A stretch of 64,000 bases of DNA from an uncultured Chromatiales bacterium (lineage in GTDB: Bacteria > Pseudomonadota > Gammaproteobacteria > Poriferisulfidales > Poriferisulfidaceae), in the NCBI GenBank assembly GCA_964526195.1, contig CAZGIH010000020.1, positions 12,803-76,802 on the forward strand, in the 5' to 3' direction. Position numbers and translations under genes: made by a program. Of the stretch, positions 31,610 to 41,263 are shown one piece after another (the first letter of the stretch is position 1; every line of letters starts with the position of its first letter). The notes below the pieces were generated by a model. The model was given only the letters and a program-made list of their open reading frames with translations. It was not told where the DNA came from and did not search any database.

Positions 31610-32218
31610 ATGCAGCTGTTTTCCTCTCCCCAGTGCCCGCAGTGTCACCGGGTCCGCATGGTTCTGGCCGAGAAGGAAACGCAGGCCCGCTACGCATACA
31701 CGGACGATCCGCAACACCGCGAGGATCTGGCCGTCATCAATCCCGAAGGCACGACACCGACTTTCAACGATCGGGGAATGACGCTAACGGAACCTCGAAT
31801 CATCATGGAATATCTGGATGATCGGTTCCCGCATCCGCCCCTGATGCCGGTCGATCCGGTCGGCAAGGCGAAGGCACGGGTCTGGCTGCTCGAAATCGAA
31901 CGTCGCCTGTACGGCCAGCTGGACGACCTGCACTCGCCGGGGGCAAAAAAGTCCGCCGCTGCCCGGGAGACCATGCGGAGTTTCCTGATTCGGGTGACAG
32001 CGGAACTCAAGCAGCGGGAAAACAAGAAATTCTTCACCAGCGACAGCTTCACCTTGCTGGATGCCTCGCTGGCGCCGATCCTGTGGCGCCTGAAAAGCTA
32101 CAAGATCGAAATGCCGCGCAGCTCCGGACCGCTTTGGAAATACGCCCGCGAGGTCTATTCGCGTCCGTGCTTCCAGCGCAGCCTGACCGAAGTCGAACGG
32201 GACCTGCACCTGTCCTGA
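31610..32218 (+). CDS. sspA: Stringent starvation protein A (GST-like)
   Basis: 202 aa; GST fold; conserved petABC-sspAB arrangement of gammaproteobacteria. Confidence 0.9.
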   Translation: MQLFSSPQCPQCHRVRMVLAEKETQARYAYTDDPQHREDLAVINPEGTTPTFNDRGMTLTEPRIIMEYLDDRFPHPPLMPVDPVGKAKARVWLLEIERRLYGQLDDLHSPGAKKSAAARETMRSFLIRVTAELKQRENKKFFTSDSFTLLDASLAPILWRLKSYKIEMPRSSGPLWKYAREVYSRPCFQRSLTEVERDLHLS

Positions 32219-32244
32219 CGGGCTGATTCCATGCCGATTCGGCG

Positions 32245-32616
32245 ATGACCTCCAATCGCCCCTACCTGATTCGCGCCATCTACGAATGGGTGGTCGACAA
32301 TGACCTGACCCCGATGCTGGTGGTCCGGAATGGGGGCACCGAGCTCGGAACGGCATTGGAGGACGACCAGCTCACCGTCTACAACATTTCTCCGCGGGCG
32401 GTGCGCGACCTTGTGATCGACGAAGAAAGCATCCGCTTCCATGCCCGATTCCAGGGCGTCTCGAAGCACATCGTCCTGGATGTGGAGAAGGTGGCGCGCA
32501 TCTTTTGCAAGGAAAACGATGAGGGACTGATATTTCCCTGGAACAACAAAGAATCGTCATCGGATGAGGACCCGACCCCGCCGAAAGGGCCGCCTCACCT
32601 GAAAGTCGTCAAGTGA
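32245..32616 (+). CDS. sspB: ClpXP adaptor SspB
   Basis: 123 aa; MTSNRPYLIRAIYEWVVDNDLTPMLVV is the conserved SspB N-terminus. Confidence 0.9.
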   Translation: MTSNRPYLIRAIYEWVVDNDLTPMLVVRNGGTELGTALEDDQLTVYNISPRAVRDLVIDEESIRFHARFQGVSKHIVLDVEKVARIFCKENDEGLIFPWNNKESSSDEDPTPPKGPPHLKVVK

Positions 32617-32632
32617 TGAAGGCGAAGCCAAC

Positions 32633-33133
32633 ATGATCGAAGTCGTCGTCGGAGACATCACCGGCTTGGAGGTCGATGCAATCGTCAATGCCGCCAACGC
32701 CAGCCTGATGCCAGGCGGAGGCGTGGATGGTGCCATCCACCGCGCGGCAGGTCCGGAACTGGCCCGATTCACCGCCACCTTGGGAGGCTGTGAGACGGGG
32801 GAGGCGAAGATCGCACCCGGTTTCGACCTGAAAGCTCGCCATGTGATTCTCACGGTGGGGCCGATCTGGAAAGGGGGCCAGGGAGGCGAGGAAGCGTTGC
32901 TTGCATCCTGCTATCACAACAGTTGCCGGTTGGCGGAGCAGGAAAAACTCAGGTCGCTGGCGTTCCCGGCGATCAGCACCGGGGTCTATGGCTACCCGAA
33001 AGCCGAAGCGGCGAGGGTCGCGCTGGAAGCGTTGCGCCAGCACGAAACTGACTTCAACCGCTTGATTTGCTGCTGTTTTTCAGAACAGGATGCGGAATTG
33101 TATTGGCAGAAACTTTCTGAAACAGGGACCTGA
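32633..33133 (+). CDS. Macro-domain protein (O-acetyl-ADP-ribose deacetylase, YmdB-like)
   Basis: 166 aa; GDITGLEVDAIVNAANASLMPGGGVDGAIHRAAG is the macro-domain signature. Confidence 0.88.
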   Translation: MIEVVVGDITGLEVDAIVNAANASLMPGGGVDGAIHRAAGPELARFTATLGGCETGEAKIAPGFDLKARHVILTVGPIWKGGQGGEEALLASCYHNSCRLAEQEKLRSLAFPAISTGVYGYPKAEAARVALEALRQHETDFNRLICCCFSEQDAELYWQKLSETGT

Positions 33134-33139
33134 AACTAC

Positions 33140-34528
33140 CTAGTCCTCAGCCAGATCCGGCAGGTTCTTCCCCGGATTGAGGATGCCGTCCGGATCGAAG
33201 TCGCGCTTGATCGCGTGCATCATCTTCAGTGAAGCGGGATCCAACTCGCGGGCGATGTGCTCTCGTTTTGCTATGCCTACGCCGTGTTCGCCCGACAGGG
33301 TGCCGCCGAGGCGCAGGACTGCTCCGAAAACTTCGTCCAGGCAGCGGTAGGCGATTTCCCGCTGTTCATCCGAGCCATCCGGCATCAGGTTGACGTGGAT
33401 GTTTCCGGATCCTGCATGCCCAAAGCAGACGATGGGGACGGCATAACGCCCACGAATCCCGTCCAGTTCTTTCAACAGTTCCGCAAGCCGACTGACCGGA
33501 ACCACGACATCCTCGTTGATTTTCTCGGGAGCGATGCGACGCAGCGCGGGTGAAAGCGTGCGCCGAGCCTGCCACAAGGTCTCGCGTTCCTCGTCCCCGA
33601 AAGCAATCTGAAAATCCAGACATTTTTCGGTGGAAGCCGCTTGGGCGATGGGCGCGGAGGTCTGTGGCAGTTGGTCGGCATTGCCATCAATGTCGATCAA
33701 GAGGAGGGCGCGAGCATCTTCCAGAAGCTCTACCTGTCCGTCGTCGCGGATCAGGTCCAGGCAGGCAGCGTCCATGAATTCCAGCGCACACGGCAGGTTG
33801 GGTTGGGCGAGGACGGCCTCGATGGCTTCCATAGCATGTTGGGGATCGGCATAAACGGCGCGCGCGGTCGCGAGCGCCTGCGGGCGCGGGCGCAGCAGCA
33901 GGGTCGCCTCGGTGAAAATCGCCAGCGTTCCTTCCGAGCCGATCAGCAGGCGCATCAAATCAAGCCCGACCACGCCCTTGCGGGTCAGGGTGCCAGCGCT
34001 CAGAGACTCGCCAGCGCCGGTGATGGCCCGAATCTGGAGCGTGTTGTCGCGGGTGGTGCCGTACTTGAGTGCCCGGGGCCCGGCCGCATTGCAGGCCAGG
34101 TTGCCGCCGATGGTACAAAACGGGGAACTGGACGGGTCTGGTGCCCAGAACAACTGGTACTCGCCCGCGGCATCCTGGAGTTGCTGGTTGATGAGCCCGG
34201 GTTCAACCCGCGCGGTCTGTTCACGCGGGTCAATGTCCAGGAGCCGGTTCATGCGCTCGGTGGAGAGGACGATGCCATGCTGCAGGGGGACTGCGGCGCC
34301 TGTGGTGTTGGTGCCGAGACCCCGGGTAGTCAGGGCGATGCGATGGGTCCGACAGAACTGGACCAGATCCTGGATTTGGCTTGCCTCGCGGGCGAAAACT
34401 ACGGCCTGCGGGGCACTGTGCTGTCGGCTGTTGTCGTAGCCGTAGGTCCAGCAGTCGGCCGGGTCGTCGAGCAAGTCCTCGGGATCGACCAGGTCGCGAA
34501 GCGCGGCCAGCCAGCCCGGATCACTCAT
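33140..34528 (-). CDS. FAD-linked oxidase (GlcD / D-lactate dehydrogenase family)
   Basis: 462 aa; FAD-binding PCMH domain plus C-terminal oxidase domain. Confidence 0.85.
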   Translation of the reverse strand: MSDPGWLAALRDLVDPEDLLDDPADCWTYGYDNSRQHSAPQAVVFAREASQIQDLVQFCRTHRIALTTRGLGTNTTGAAVPLQHGIVLSTERMNRLLDIDPREQTARVEPGLINQQLQDAAGEYQLFWAPDPSSSPFCTIGGNLACNAAGPRALKYGTTRDNTLQIRAITGAGESLSAGTLTRKGVVGLDLMRLLIGSEGTLAIFTEATLLLRPRPQALATARAVYADPQHAMEAIEAVLAQPNLPCALEFMDAACLDLIRDDGQVELLEDARALLLIDIDGNADQLPQTSAPIAQAASTEKCLDFQIAFGDEERETLWQARRTLSPALRRIAPEKINEDVVVPVSRLAELLKELDGIRGRYAVPIVCFGHAGSGNIHVNLMPDGSDEQREIAYRCLDEVFGAVLRLGGTLSGEHGVGIAKREHIARELDPASLKMMHAIKRDFDPDGILNPGKNLPDLAED

Positions 34529-35111
34529 GCACGAGCTGATCGGTCAGGTCGCACAGGCAGTGCAGGATCAGGATATGGACTTCCTGGACCCGGGCCGTGG
34601 AATCGGACGGAACGCACAGTTCAATGTCACTCTCGCGCATCTGGCCGCGAATGGCGCCGCCGTCCCGGCCGGTAAGGGCGATCACCCGCATTTGCCTGGA
34701 TTGTGCTGCCTCGATGGCCTGCACGACGTTGGGGGAATTGCCGCTGGTGCTGATCGCGACAAGAATGTCGCCTTCCCGTCCAAGCCCTTCGACCTGGCGG
34801 CTGAAAACCCGTTCAAATCCGTAGTCGTTACCGATGGCGGTGAGCGCCGAGGTATCGGTGGAGAGGGCAACGGCGGGCAGGGCCTCCCGTTCCTTTTCAA
34901 AGCGGCCGATCAGTTCGGCGGCAAAATGTTGTGCGTCTGCCGCTGAGCCGCCATTACCGCAACTCAATACCCGACGGTCGTCCGACAAGGCCTGTGCCAG
35001 CAAGGCCCCGGCCTGGGAGATCGGTTCGACAAGCCGTTCCTGAGAGTCCCGATGGGTCGCAAGGCTGTCTTCAAACAGTTGCCGGACCCGTTGCTCGTAT
35101 GCCGCACTCAT
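34521..35111 (-). CDS. gmhA: Phosphoheptose isomerase / DiaA-type SIS-domain protein
   Basis: Start taken at the internal Met (MSAAYEQRVRQ...); SIS motifs VLSCGNGGSAADAQHFAAEL and VAISTSGNSPNV; about 196 aa; ATGA overlap with the upstream gene. Confidence 0.85.
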   Translation of the reverse strand: MSAAYEQRVRQLFEDSLATHRDSQERLVEPISQAGALLAQALSDDRRVLSCGNGGSAADAQHFAAELIGRFEKEREALPAVALSTDTSALTAIGNDYGFERVFSRQVEGLGREGDILVAISTSGNSPNVVQAIEAAQSRQMRVIALTGRDGGAIRGQMRESDIELCVPSDSTARVQEVHILILHCLCDLTDQLVHE

Positions 35112-35968
35112 GTCGGGCCCTGGAAGTGGAGCAACAGCAGCCAGAACCCTGAACTGGCCAGCAATAACCCGGTTATCGTTCGGAATAGCCGCGCAGGGCT
35201 TGGAAGGGCCTTTTCGACGATCACGAAAAGCGCGATAGCCGCGACCCACAGCATGTTCATCATGCCGACGGCGAACAGGACCAGCATCAGCGCCCAGCAG
35301 CACCCGATGCAATACAGTCCGTGTTCAAAAGACATCTGCAGGGCGCCAGCCCGGCCGTCTTTCCAGCGGGCAAGCAGGAACTGCATGGGTGTTCGGCACA
35401 GGGTGAGGCAGACATCTTTCCATGGCGTCCACTGGTACAGGCCCGCCACGATCAGCAAAATGCCGCTGAACAACTGGCTTCGACTGTCCATCATGGGGTC
35501 GAGCAGCCCCCATTCGTGCAGGGGCCACTGCACGACCGAGATCACTGCGGAAAACGCGGCCCAAGAGGCGAGATAACCGACCAGAAAGATCATCCAGGGG
35601 ACGATTTTCAAGGTCTGCCGGCTCCGGTTCCGTTGTACGACCCGGTACATCCGCAGCATCGGCACGGCACTGGGCGTCATCATCGCGACCATCATGATCG
35701 ACCACATGGCGAACAGCATCCAGAAGTCGTATCCGCTCCAGCCGCCGACTCCGGCGGGCGGAGGCATCCACGCGATAGAGGGCCCGCCCCGCATCATGTC
35801 GCGCATCATCCATTCCATGTACAGCATCCAGCCCCACCCGCTGGCGGTGACGGCGATGACGGCGCCGATGAGGGTCCAGCGTTCAGCCGTCGGCAGGGGC
35901 GCGAATTCAGGAGTGGAGGCGGTGGCAGGCATGAGCGAAGCTCCCGCGGCCATTTTAACAGGTGGCAT
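35108..35968 (-). CDS. DUF2182-family polytopic membrane protein (predicted metal-binding)
   Basis: Multiple TM helices; HGLYCIGCCW motif; start codon ambiguous. Confidence 0.6.
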   Translation of the reverse strand: MPPVKMAAGASLMPATASTPEFAPLPTAERWTLIGAVIAVTASGWGWMLYMEWMMRDMMRGGPSIAWMPPPAGVGGWSGYDFWMLFAMWSIMMVAMMTPSAVPMLRMYRVVQRNRSRQTLKIVPWMIFLVGYLASWAAFSAVISVVQWPLHEWGLLDPMMDSRSQLFSGILLIVAGLYQWTPWKDVCLTLCRTPMQFLLARWKDGRAGALQMSFEHGLYCIGCCWALMLVLFAVGMMNMLWVAAIALFVIVEKALPSPARLFRTITGLLLASSGFWLLLLHFQGPT

Positions 35969-35997
35969 ATGTTGGAAGATGGGGATATAGTGGCCTA

Positions 35998-36963
35998 ATG
36001 AAAGCGGTAAATCGAGACAAGCCGGACCAATGGAAAGAAGACATTATCCGGTCAGTCGACATGTACAACAAGTGGTTTATCAGATTTGCGCCAAAAGCGT
36101 ATCGGGATGTTCGAGAGCAGACAGCCGAGGATGTCAAAAAGATGTTAAAAGCGACGGGCAATTTCAGAAAAATTGATGTAGCATTGCTCAAGGCATTTCC
36201 TGCTGTGTTGCCGACACTTCGGATGACCACTTCTCCACCGCTTGCAATAGATCGCTTGGTAGGACTCTCGGGCGCTTCAGCCAACCTTGTCAAAGTGATG
36301 GAAAAACAAGGCAAGCTTCCCTCTCGGATGTCACCGAGGGAATTGGATGCCAACCTTAGGAAAATCAGCAAAACGATCCAGAAAATGATTGATCCGGACA
36401 TTTTTGGCTGGTTGAAGAACGACAGAAAACCATCTCGACAGGACTTGTACCGGGCCGCGACAATTGTGGCTGACCGGTTATGCGGTGCTGTTGCAAACCC
36501 GATTATTCGCAATGCTCAGGAAAGAAGACAGCTTGCTACCATCGGGAAGTGGCTAAAGAATCGTGGCTATTTGAAGATTTCACCAGGAGAGGGAGCAAAA
36601 TATGATGAAATGCAGCCGGGAACATATTCGTTCCGACTGAATGTGCCAGCCGAGCAGGATCAAACTGGTAAATCAGTTAATATTCCTATGGATGTTGCCG
36701 TGATGCCTAAAAATGCGAAAGTGAGGAATTTGCCGCTTCTCATAGAGGCAAAATCTGCGGGTGACTTTACAAATGTCAACAAGCGCCGAAAGGAAGAAGC
36801 CACAAAAATGAGTCAATTGCGGCGAACCTATGGCAACAACGTGCGGTTTATTTTGTTTCTATGTGGATATTTCGACAGTGGCTATCTCGGCTATGAAGCA
36901 GCAGAAGGTATCGACTGGGTGTGGGAGCACCGTGTCGATGATCTCGAAAAATTTGGGATTTAG
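35998..36963 (+). CDS. Putative type II restriction endonuclease (PD-(D/E)xK), partner of the downstream methyltransferase
   Basis: IPMDVAVMPKNAKVRNLPLLIEAK gives a D...EAK nuclease motif. Its TAG stop abuts the methyltransferase ATG. About 47% GC against about 65% for the host. An alternative GTG start lies at 35962. Confidence 0.55.
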   Translation: MKAVNRDKPDQWKEDIIRSVDMYNKWFIRFAPKAYRDVREQTAEDVKKMLKATGNFRKIDVALLKAFPAVLPTLRMTTSPPLAIDRLVGLSGASANLVKVMEKQGKLPSRMSPRELDANLRKISKTIQKMIDPDIFGWLKNDRKPSRQDLYRAATIVADRLCGAVANPIIRNAQERRQLATIGKWLKNRGYLKISPGEGAKYDEMQPGTYSFRLNVPAEQDQTGKSVNIPMDVAVMPKNAKVRNLPLLIEAKSAGDFTNVNKRRKEEATKMSQLRRTYGNNVRFILFLCGYFDSGYLGYEAAEGIDWVWEHRVDDLEKFGI

Positions 36964-38550
36964 ATGGCTAGAAGTGAAATTGCGACGCTGGAGAAGCATC
37001 GTTTGATGCTTCAGGGGCAACTGGACTCAAAAAAGCATCAAGTTGAACGGAATCGGATGGGGCAATTCGCCACGCCTCCAGAATTGGCAGTGGACATTCT
37101 CCGTTATGCTGAAACCCATAGCGGGATCAACGAAAGAGTCCGTTTCCTTGACCCAAGCTTGGGAACCGGGTCGTTTTATTCAGCTTTGCTCAAAGTGTTT
37201 CCACAAAACCGCATTGATTCTGCTGTAGGCTACGAAATCGATTCCCATTATGGAATTCCTGCGGCAAATTTGTGGGAAAAGACAGGCTTGGATGTCCGTT
37301 TGAGTGATTTTACGCGGGCTGAAGCGCCACCAGATTCTGAAAAGTTTAACCTGCTTGTTTGTAACCCACCTTACGTTCGGCACCATCATATTGACAGTGG
37401 AGAAAAACAGCGCCTGAAGGCCTGTTTGCAGAAAGCGTGCAGCATGCGGCTCAGTGGATTGGCCGGATTGTACTGTTATTTTCTTGGGTTAAGCCATAAG
37501 TGGCTGGCCGAGGGAGGGCTTGCGGGCTGGTTGGTGCCAAGCGAATTTATGGATGTGAATTATGGTGCTGCAGTAAGGAATTACCTGCTAAATAACGTGA
37601 CGCTGCTGCATCTGCATCGATTTGATCCAGACGATGTGCAGTTTGAAGACGCCTTGGTGTCTTCGGTTGTGGTCTGGTTCCGCAAAGCGAAACCGCCGCT
37701 AGAACACCACGTCAGGTTCACATACGGTGGATCGCTTGGCAGCCCAAGGCTGGAACGTTTGGTGCCCGCCGAGACGCTGTGTCGTAGCTCTAAGTGGACA
37801 GGCTATCCGGCAAAAGAGGACGGTGATAAAGCAAATGTGCCAGTTTTGGGTGATTTCTTCAGCATTAAGCGGGGACTGGTGACCGGGGGCAACCGGTATT
37901 TCATCTTGACACTTGAGGAAATCAAGTACCGTGGATTACCTCGAGAAGCATTTCGGCCCATATTGCCGAGCCCGCGTTATTTGCGAGAGAACGAAGTAGT
38001 AGCCGACGGGGATGGAAACCCGGTGCTGGGCCGTCGTTTATTCTTGCTTGATTGCCGACTGGGAGAGGCGCAGATAAGGAAGAAATATCCAGCCTTGTGG
38101 AAATATCTTGAAGAAGGGGAAGCACTGGGTATAGCCAAACGCTACCTCTGTCGGCATCGGACACCTTGGTATACACAGGAAGAACGGCCGCCAGCGCCAT
38201 TCGTATGCACTTACCTTGGAAGAAAGGGAACAAAAAACGGGCGGCCGTTTCGCTTCATACTGAACCACTCTCGGGCGACTGCCGCAAATGTCTACCTCAT
38301 GCTCTACCCTAAAGGACCGATTGCCCGAGCCTTAGAGGAAGATCCGGACTTGAAAAAGAAACTCTGGAAGTTTCTCAATGCAATTCGTCCCCAGACAATG
38401 CTGGATGAGGGACGAGTCTATGGTGGGGGGTTGCATAAGCTTGAGCCAAGAGAATTGAGTAATGTACCGGTTGCGGAATTTGCGGAACTATTGCCGGAAC
38501 CAGCACGATTGCAGTCCGAAAAGCAAGGAGAATTATTTGTGGCAGTTTGA
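36964..38550 (+). CDS. Gamma-class N6-adenine DNA methyltransferase (Eco57I/TaqI-like) with C-terminal target-recognition domain
   Basis: 528 aa. Motif I FLDPSLGTGSF precedes motif IV LLVCNPPYVRHH, the gamma-class order. The low-GC composition is shared with the upstream nuclease. Confidence 0.85.
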   Translation: MARSEIATLEKHRLMLQGQLDSKKHQVERNRMGQFATPPELAVDILRYAETHSGINERVRFLDPSLGTGSFYSALLKVFPQNRIDSAVGYEIDSHYGIPAANLWEKTGLDVRLSDFTRAEAPPDSEKFNLLVCNPPYVRHHHIDSGEKQRLKACLQKACSMRLSGLAGLYCYFLGLSHKWLAEGGLAGWLVPSEFMDVNYGAAVRNYLLNNVTLLHLHRFDPDDVQFEDALVSSVVVWFRKAKPPLEHHVRFTYGGSLGSPRLERLVPAETLCRSSKWTGYPAKEDGDKANVPVLGDFFSIKRGLVTGGNRYFILTLEEIKYRGLPREAFRPILPSPRYLRENEVVADGDGNPVLGRRLFLLDCRLGEAQIRKKYPALWKYLEEGEALGIAKRYLCRHRTPWYTQEERPPAPFVCTYLGRKGTKNGRPFRFILNHSRATAANVYLMLYPKGPIARALEEDPDLKKKLWKFLNAIRPQTMLDEGRVYGGGLHKLEPRELSNVPVAEFAELLPEPARLQSEKQGELFVAV

Positions 38551-38640
38551 CGCTTGGCCTTGGCGCAATAGCCTGCGGGCCGTGTTATACTCCCCACCCG
38601 AACAACGCGCCGCGTACTCTAATAAAAAGGAGGAACAGCC

Positions 38641-39252
38641 ATGGCATCAGATAATTGGAGCATCAAAGGCAATTACTTTGAATCCTGCACGTGCGACCTC
38701 ATCTGCCCGTGCATCACGCTGAAACCCCCCACCACTGGAACCTGTACTGCACTGCTGGGATGGCATATCGACGAAGGCCATCTGGACGACCTGGAAATCA
38801 ACGATCTCAATGTCGCAATGTTTCTTGAAGCCCCCGGTCTTCTGACCGAAGGCGGCTTCAAGGTAGCCCTGTACGTCGATGAGCGTGCCAGCGAAGCGCA
38901 GTTCGATGCCATCACCCAGATGTACTCAGGCCAACTCGGCGGCCATTTAGCGGTCGTGTGCAGCTTGGTTGGCGAGGTGGTCAGCGTCAAGCAGACCTCG
39001 ATCGAGTACTCCGTGGATGGCAAGACCCGTCGCCTGAAAGTCGGTGACGGCATCGGAGAGAGCGAAGTCGTGGAAGTCGAAGGTGCCGACGGAGGCCCGG
39101 TCATCGTTTCCAACCCACCCCTGGCCATTGCCCCGGGCAATGACATCACGATCAGTGATACCGTCAAGGTGGCGTACAGCGATAACGGAGTCACCCATGA
39201 GCATTCAGGTACCGTAAGTTTGGCTTCGAACTTCACCTATGGCCCGGACTGA
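38641..39252 (+). CDS. DUF1326-like Cys-rich protein of unknown function
   Basis: 203 aa; N-terminal FESCTCDLICPC cluster; strong RBS AAAGGAGGA; terminator downstream. Confidence 0.55.
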   Translation: MASDNWSIKGNYFESCTCDLICPCITLKPPTTGTCTALLGWHIDEGHLDDLEINDLNVAMFLEAPGLLTEGGFKVALYVDERASEAQFDAITQMYSGQLGGHLAVVCSLVGEVVSVKQTSIEYSVDGKTRRLKVGDGIGESEVVEVEGADGGPVIVSNPPLAIAPGNDITISDTVKVAYSDNGVTHEHSGTVSLASNFTYGPD

Positions 39253-39311
39253 TCAGGATTTGACCGGTCAGGGTTCGCAGACAACAATAATAACTATTAC
39301 CTCCAAAACTC

Positions 39312-39337
39312 AGGCCGCCGCAAGGCGGCCTTGTTTT
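39312..39337 (+). terminator. Rho-independent terminator
   Basis: AGGCCGCC-GCAA-GGCGGCCT hairpin with an 8-bp GC-rich stem, followed by TTGTTTT; lies between the DUF1326 gene and msrA. Confidence 0.7.
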
Positions 39338-39351
39338 ATGGGGCGACGGCA

Positions 39352-39957
39352 ATGACAGATGCTGGCTTGATGGAAGAGACGAGAGAGTTGCATCTGTTCA
39401 CGCGCAACCCTCTGACGCCGCCGTATCCGGTGCAGTTGCAAATCGCGGAATTCGCGTTGGGGTGCTTCTGGGGGGCGGAGCAGCGCTTCTGGCAATTGAA
39501 GGGCGTATGGACTACTGCGGTGGGCTATACCGGTGGAAAAACTCTGGATCCCACTTACGAGGAAGTCTGCTCCGGACAGACCGGGCACGCCGAAGCGGTA
39601 CGCGTTGTCTATGATCCCGGCCTGATTACCTACCCGGAGTTGCTGGCCTGTTTCTGGGAGGGCCACGACCCAACCCAGGGAATGCGCCAGGGGAACGACA
39701 TTGGCACCCAGTACCGTTCTGCCGTGTACTGTGCCGACCGCGAACAAGAGGAACTGGCCAAGCGGAGCCTAGAGTTGTATCAGGCGACACTTTCCGCAAA
39801 AGGGGGCGACCCGATCACAACCGAAATCGTCCCGTCCGAAACGTTCCACTTTGCCGAGTCTTATCACCAGCAATACCTGGGCAAGAACCCGGGAGGCTAC
39901 TGCGGCCACGGCGGCACCGGTGTGCCGTTTCCGCTTAAAGCGTTATGCAAAGAATGA
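39352..39957 (+). CDS. msrA: Peptide methionine sulfoxide reductase A
   Basis: Starts at the ATG reading MTDAGLMEE; GCFWGAE catalytic Cys motif. The track ORF begins earlier at a TTG inside the terminator. Confidence 0.93.
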   Translation: MTDAGLMEETRELHLFTRNPLTPPYPVQLQIAEFALGCFWGAEQRFWQLKGVWTTAVGYTGGKTLDPTYEEVCSGQTGHAEAVRVVYDPGLITYPELLACFWEGHDPTQGMRQGNDIGTQYRSAVYCADREQEELAKRSLELYQATLSAKGGDPITTEIVPSETFHFAESYHQQYLGKNPGGYCGHGGTGVPFPLKALCKE

Positions 39958-40421
39958 TGGCAGCGGGAACCGGTTCGGTTCTGCGACGAAGGGAGGGCCG
40001 TTGGATCGTTTGCGGGTTGATCGGCATCCTGCTCGGCGCCTCAGCGACGCTGTCGCACGCACGCGACGTGAACCAGCAGTACAAGGCACAGGGGCTGGGC
40101 CTGGATACCTGCACCAGTTTTCTGGACGTTTCGGTGGAGGGACGTGGCCTGTACTACAGTTGGCTGGCCGGTTACCTCACCGCATACAATTATCTCGTGC
40201 GCGACACGTACAGCATCGCGGAATACTCCGGGCTCACCCGCACCAACGAATGGCTTGAGAAGTATTGCAATGAACACCCCAACCACCTGATGCACGAGGC
40301 GGCACGGAGGTTCGTGACGGAACGCTACCGGATCCGGCTCAAGCAGAAACCTGAACGTGAGGACATGCTACGATTTCAGGAACGAATTCCTCGTGAACCG
40401 GTCCAAAACCGGCCACGTTGA
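39945..40421 (+). CDS. Hypothetical exported protein
   Basis: 158 aa; signal peptide; no recognisable family. Confidence 0.45.
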   Translation: MQRMMAAGTGSVLRRREGRWIVCGLIGILLGASATLSHARDVNQQYKAQGLGLDTCTSFLDVSVEGRGLYYSWLAGYLTAYNYLVRDTYSIAEYSGLTRTNEWLEKYCNEHPNHLMHEAARRFVTERYRIRLKQKPEREDMLRFQERIPREPVQNRPR

Positions 40422-40435
40422 TCTTGCGAGAAACT

Positions 40436-41263
40436 ATGGACAGGGTTGCTGCGGTACAAATGGCTTCCGGCCCTAACTTGGATGCCAATCTGCTGGAGGC
40501 CGGGCGTCTGATCAAAACAGCGGTCGAGGACGACGCGCGGCTGGTAGTCCTGCCCGAAAACTTTGCCATGATGGGCCTGCAGGACAAGGATATCCTGCAA
40601 TATCGGGAGTTGCCGGGAGATGGGCCGATCCAGGCATTCATCCGCAAGCAGTGCCGCCGACACCAGATCTGGATCGTGGGGGGCACCATCCCGTTACATT
40701 GCGGGGTCGATAGCAAGACGGCGGCCGCGTGTATGCTGTTCGACGACCAGGGAGAAATCCGGGCACGCTACGACAAAATCCACCTGTTCGATGTGACGCT
40801 GGTCGCCAGCGGTGAGAGCTACAACGAGTCTGCGACCATTCGCAGCGGAAACGAGGTGGTCGTCGCGGATTCCCCGTTCGGACGCATCGGGCTGACCGTT
40901 TGCTACGACCTGCGCTTCCCGGAACTGTTCCGCGCGCTCTTGGATCAGGGGGCGGAGATCATCACGTTGCCTGCCGCGTTCACGGCACTGACGGGCAAGG
41001 CGCATTGGGAGAGCCTGCTGCGCGCCCGCGCGATCGAGAACTTGGTCTACCTGGTTGCCAGCGCACAGGGAGGCTACCACTTGAACGGGCGCGAGACCCA
41101 CGGGCATTCCATGATCATTGATCCTTGGGGTTCGATCAAGGGGGAACGGGCTCACGGGGCGGGCGTGGTCGTCGCGGATATCGATCGGCAGCGGCTCGAG
41201 GAGATTCGGAAAAACTTCCCCAGCATCCACAATCGGAGGCTGACATGCCAGATGAGCGCGTAA
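40436..41263 (+). CDS. Carbon-nitrogen hydrolase (nitrilase superfamily)
   Basis: E-K-C triad context (VVLPENF..., VCYDLRFPELF). Start taken at the ATG reading MDRVAAVQM. Confidence 0.88.
   Translation: MDRVAAVQMASGPNLDANLLEAGRLIKTAVEDDARLVVLPENFAMMGLQDKDILQYRELPGDGPIQAFIRKQCRRHQIWIVGGTIPLHCGVDSKTAAACMLFDDQGEIRARYDKIHLFDVTLVASGESYNESATIRSGNEVVVADSPFGRIGLTVCYDLRFPELFRALLDQGAEIITLPAAFTALTGKAHWESLLRARAIENLVYLVASAQGGYHLNGRETHGHSMIIDPWGSIKGERAHGAGVVVADIDRQRLEEIRKNFPSIHNRRLTCQMSA

Noticed and set aside
35941-36000. Search for direct repeats or att-like sequences at the borders of the R-M islet
   Set aside because: No repeat longer than 5-6 bp is shared between the left (about 35.95 kb) and right (about 38.55-38.64 kb) borders. 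The insertion mechanism stays undetermined.
39331-39351. TTG start of msrA as given by the ORF track
   Set aside because: It lies inside the terminator hairpin and U-tract of the upstream gene. The ATG at 39352 (MTDAGLMEE) is the likely start.
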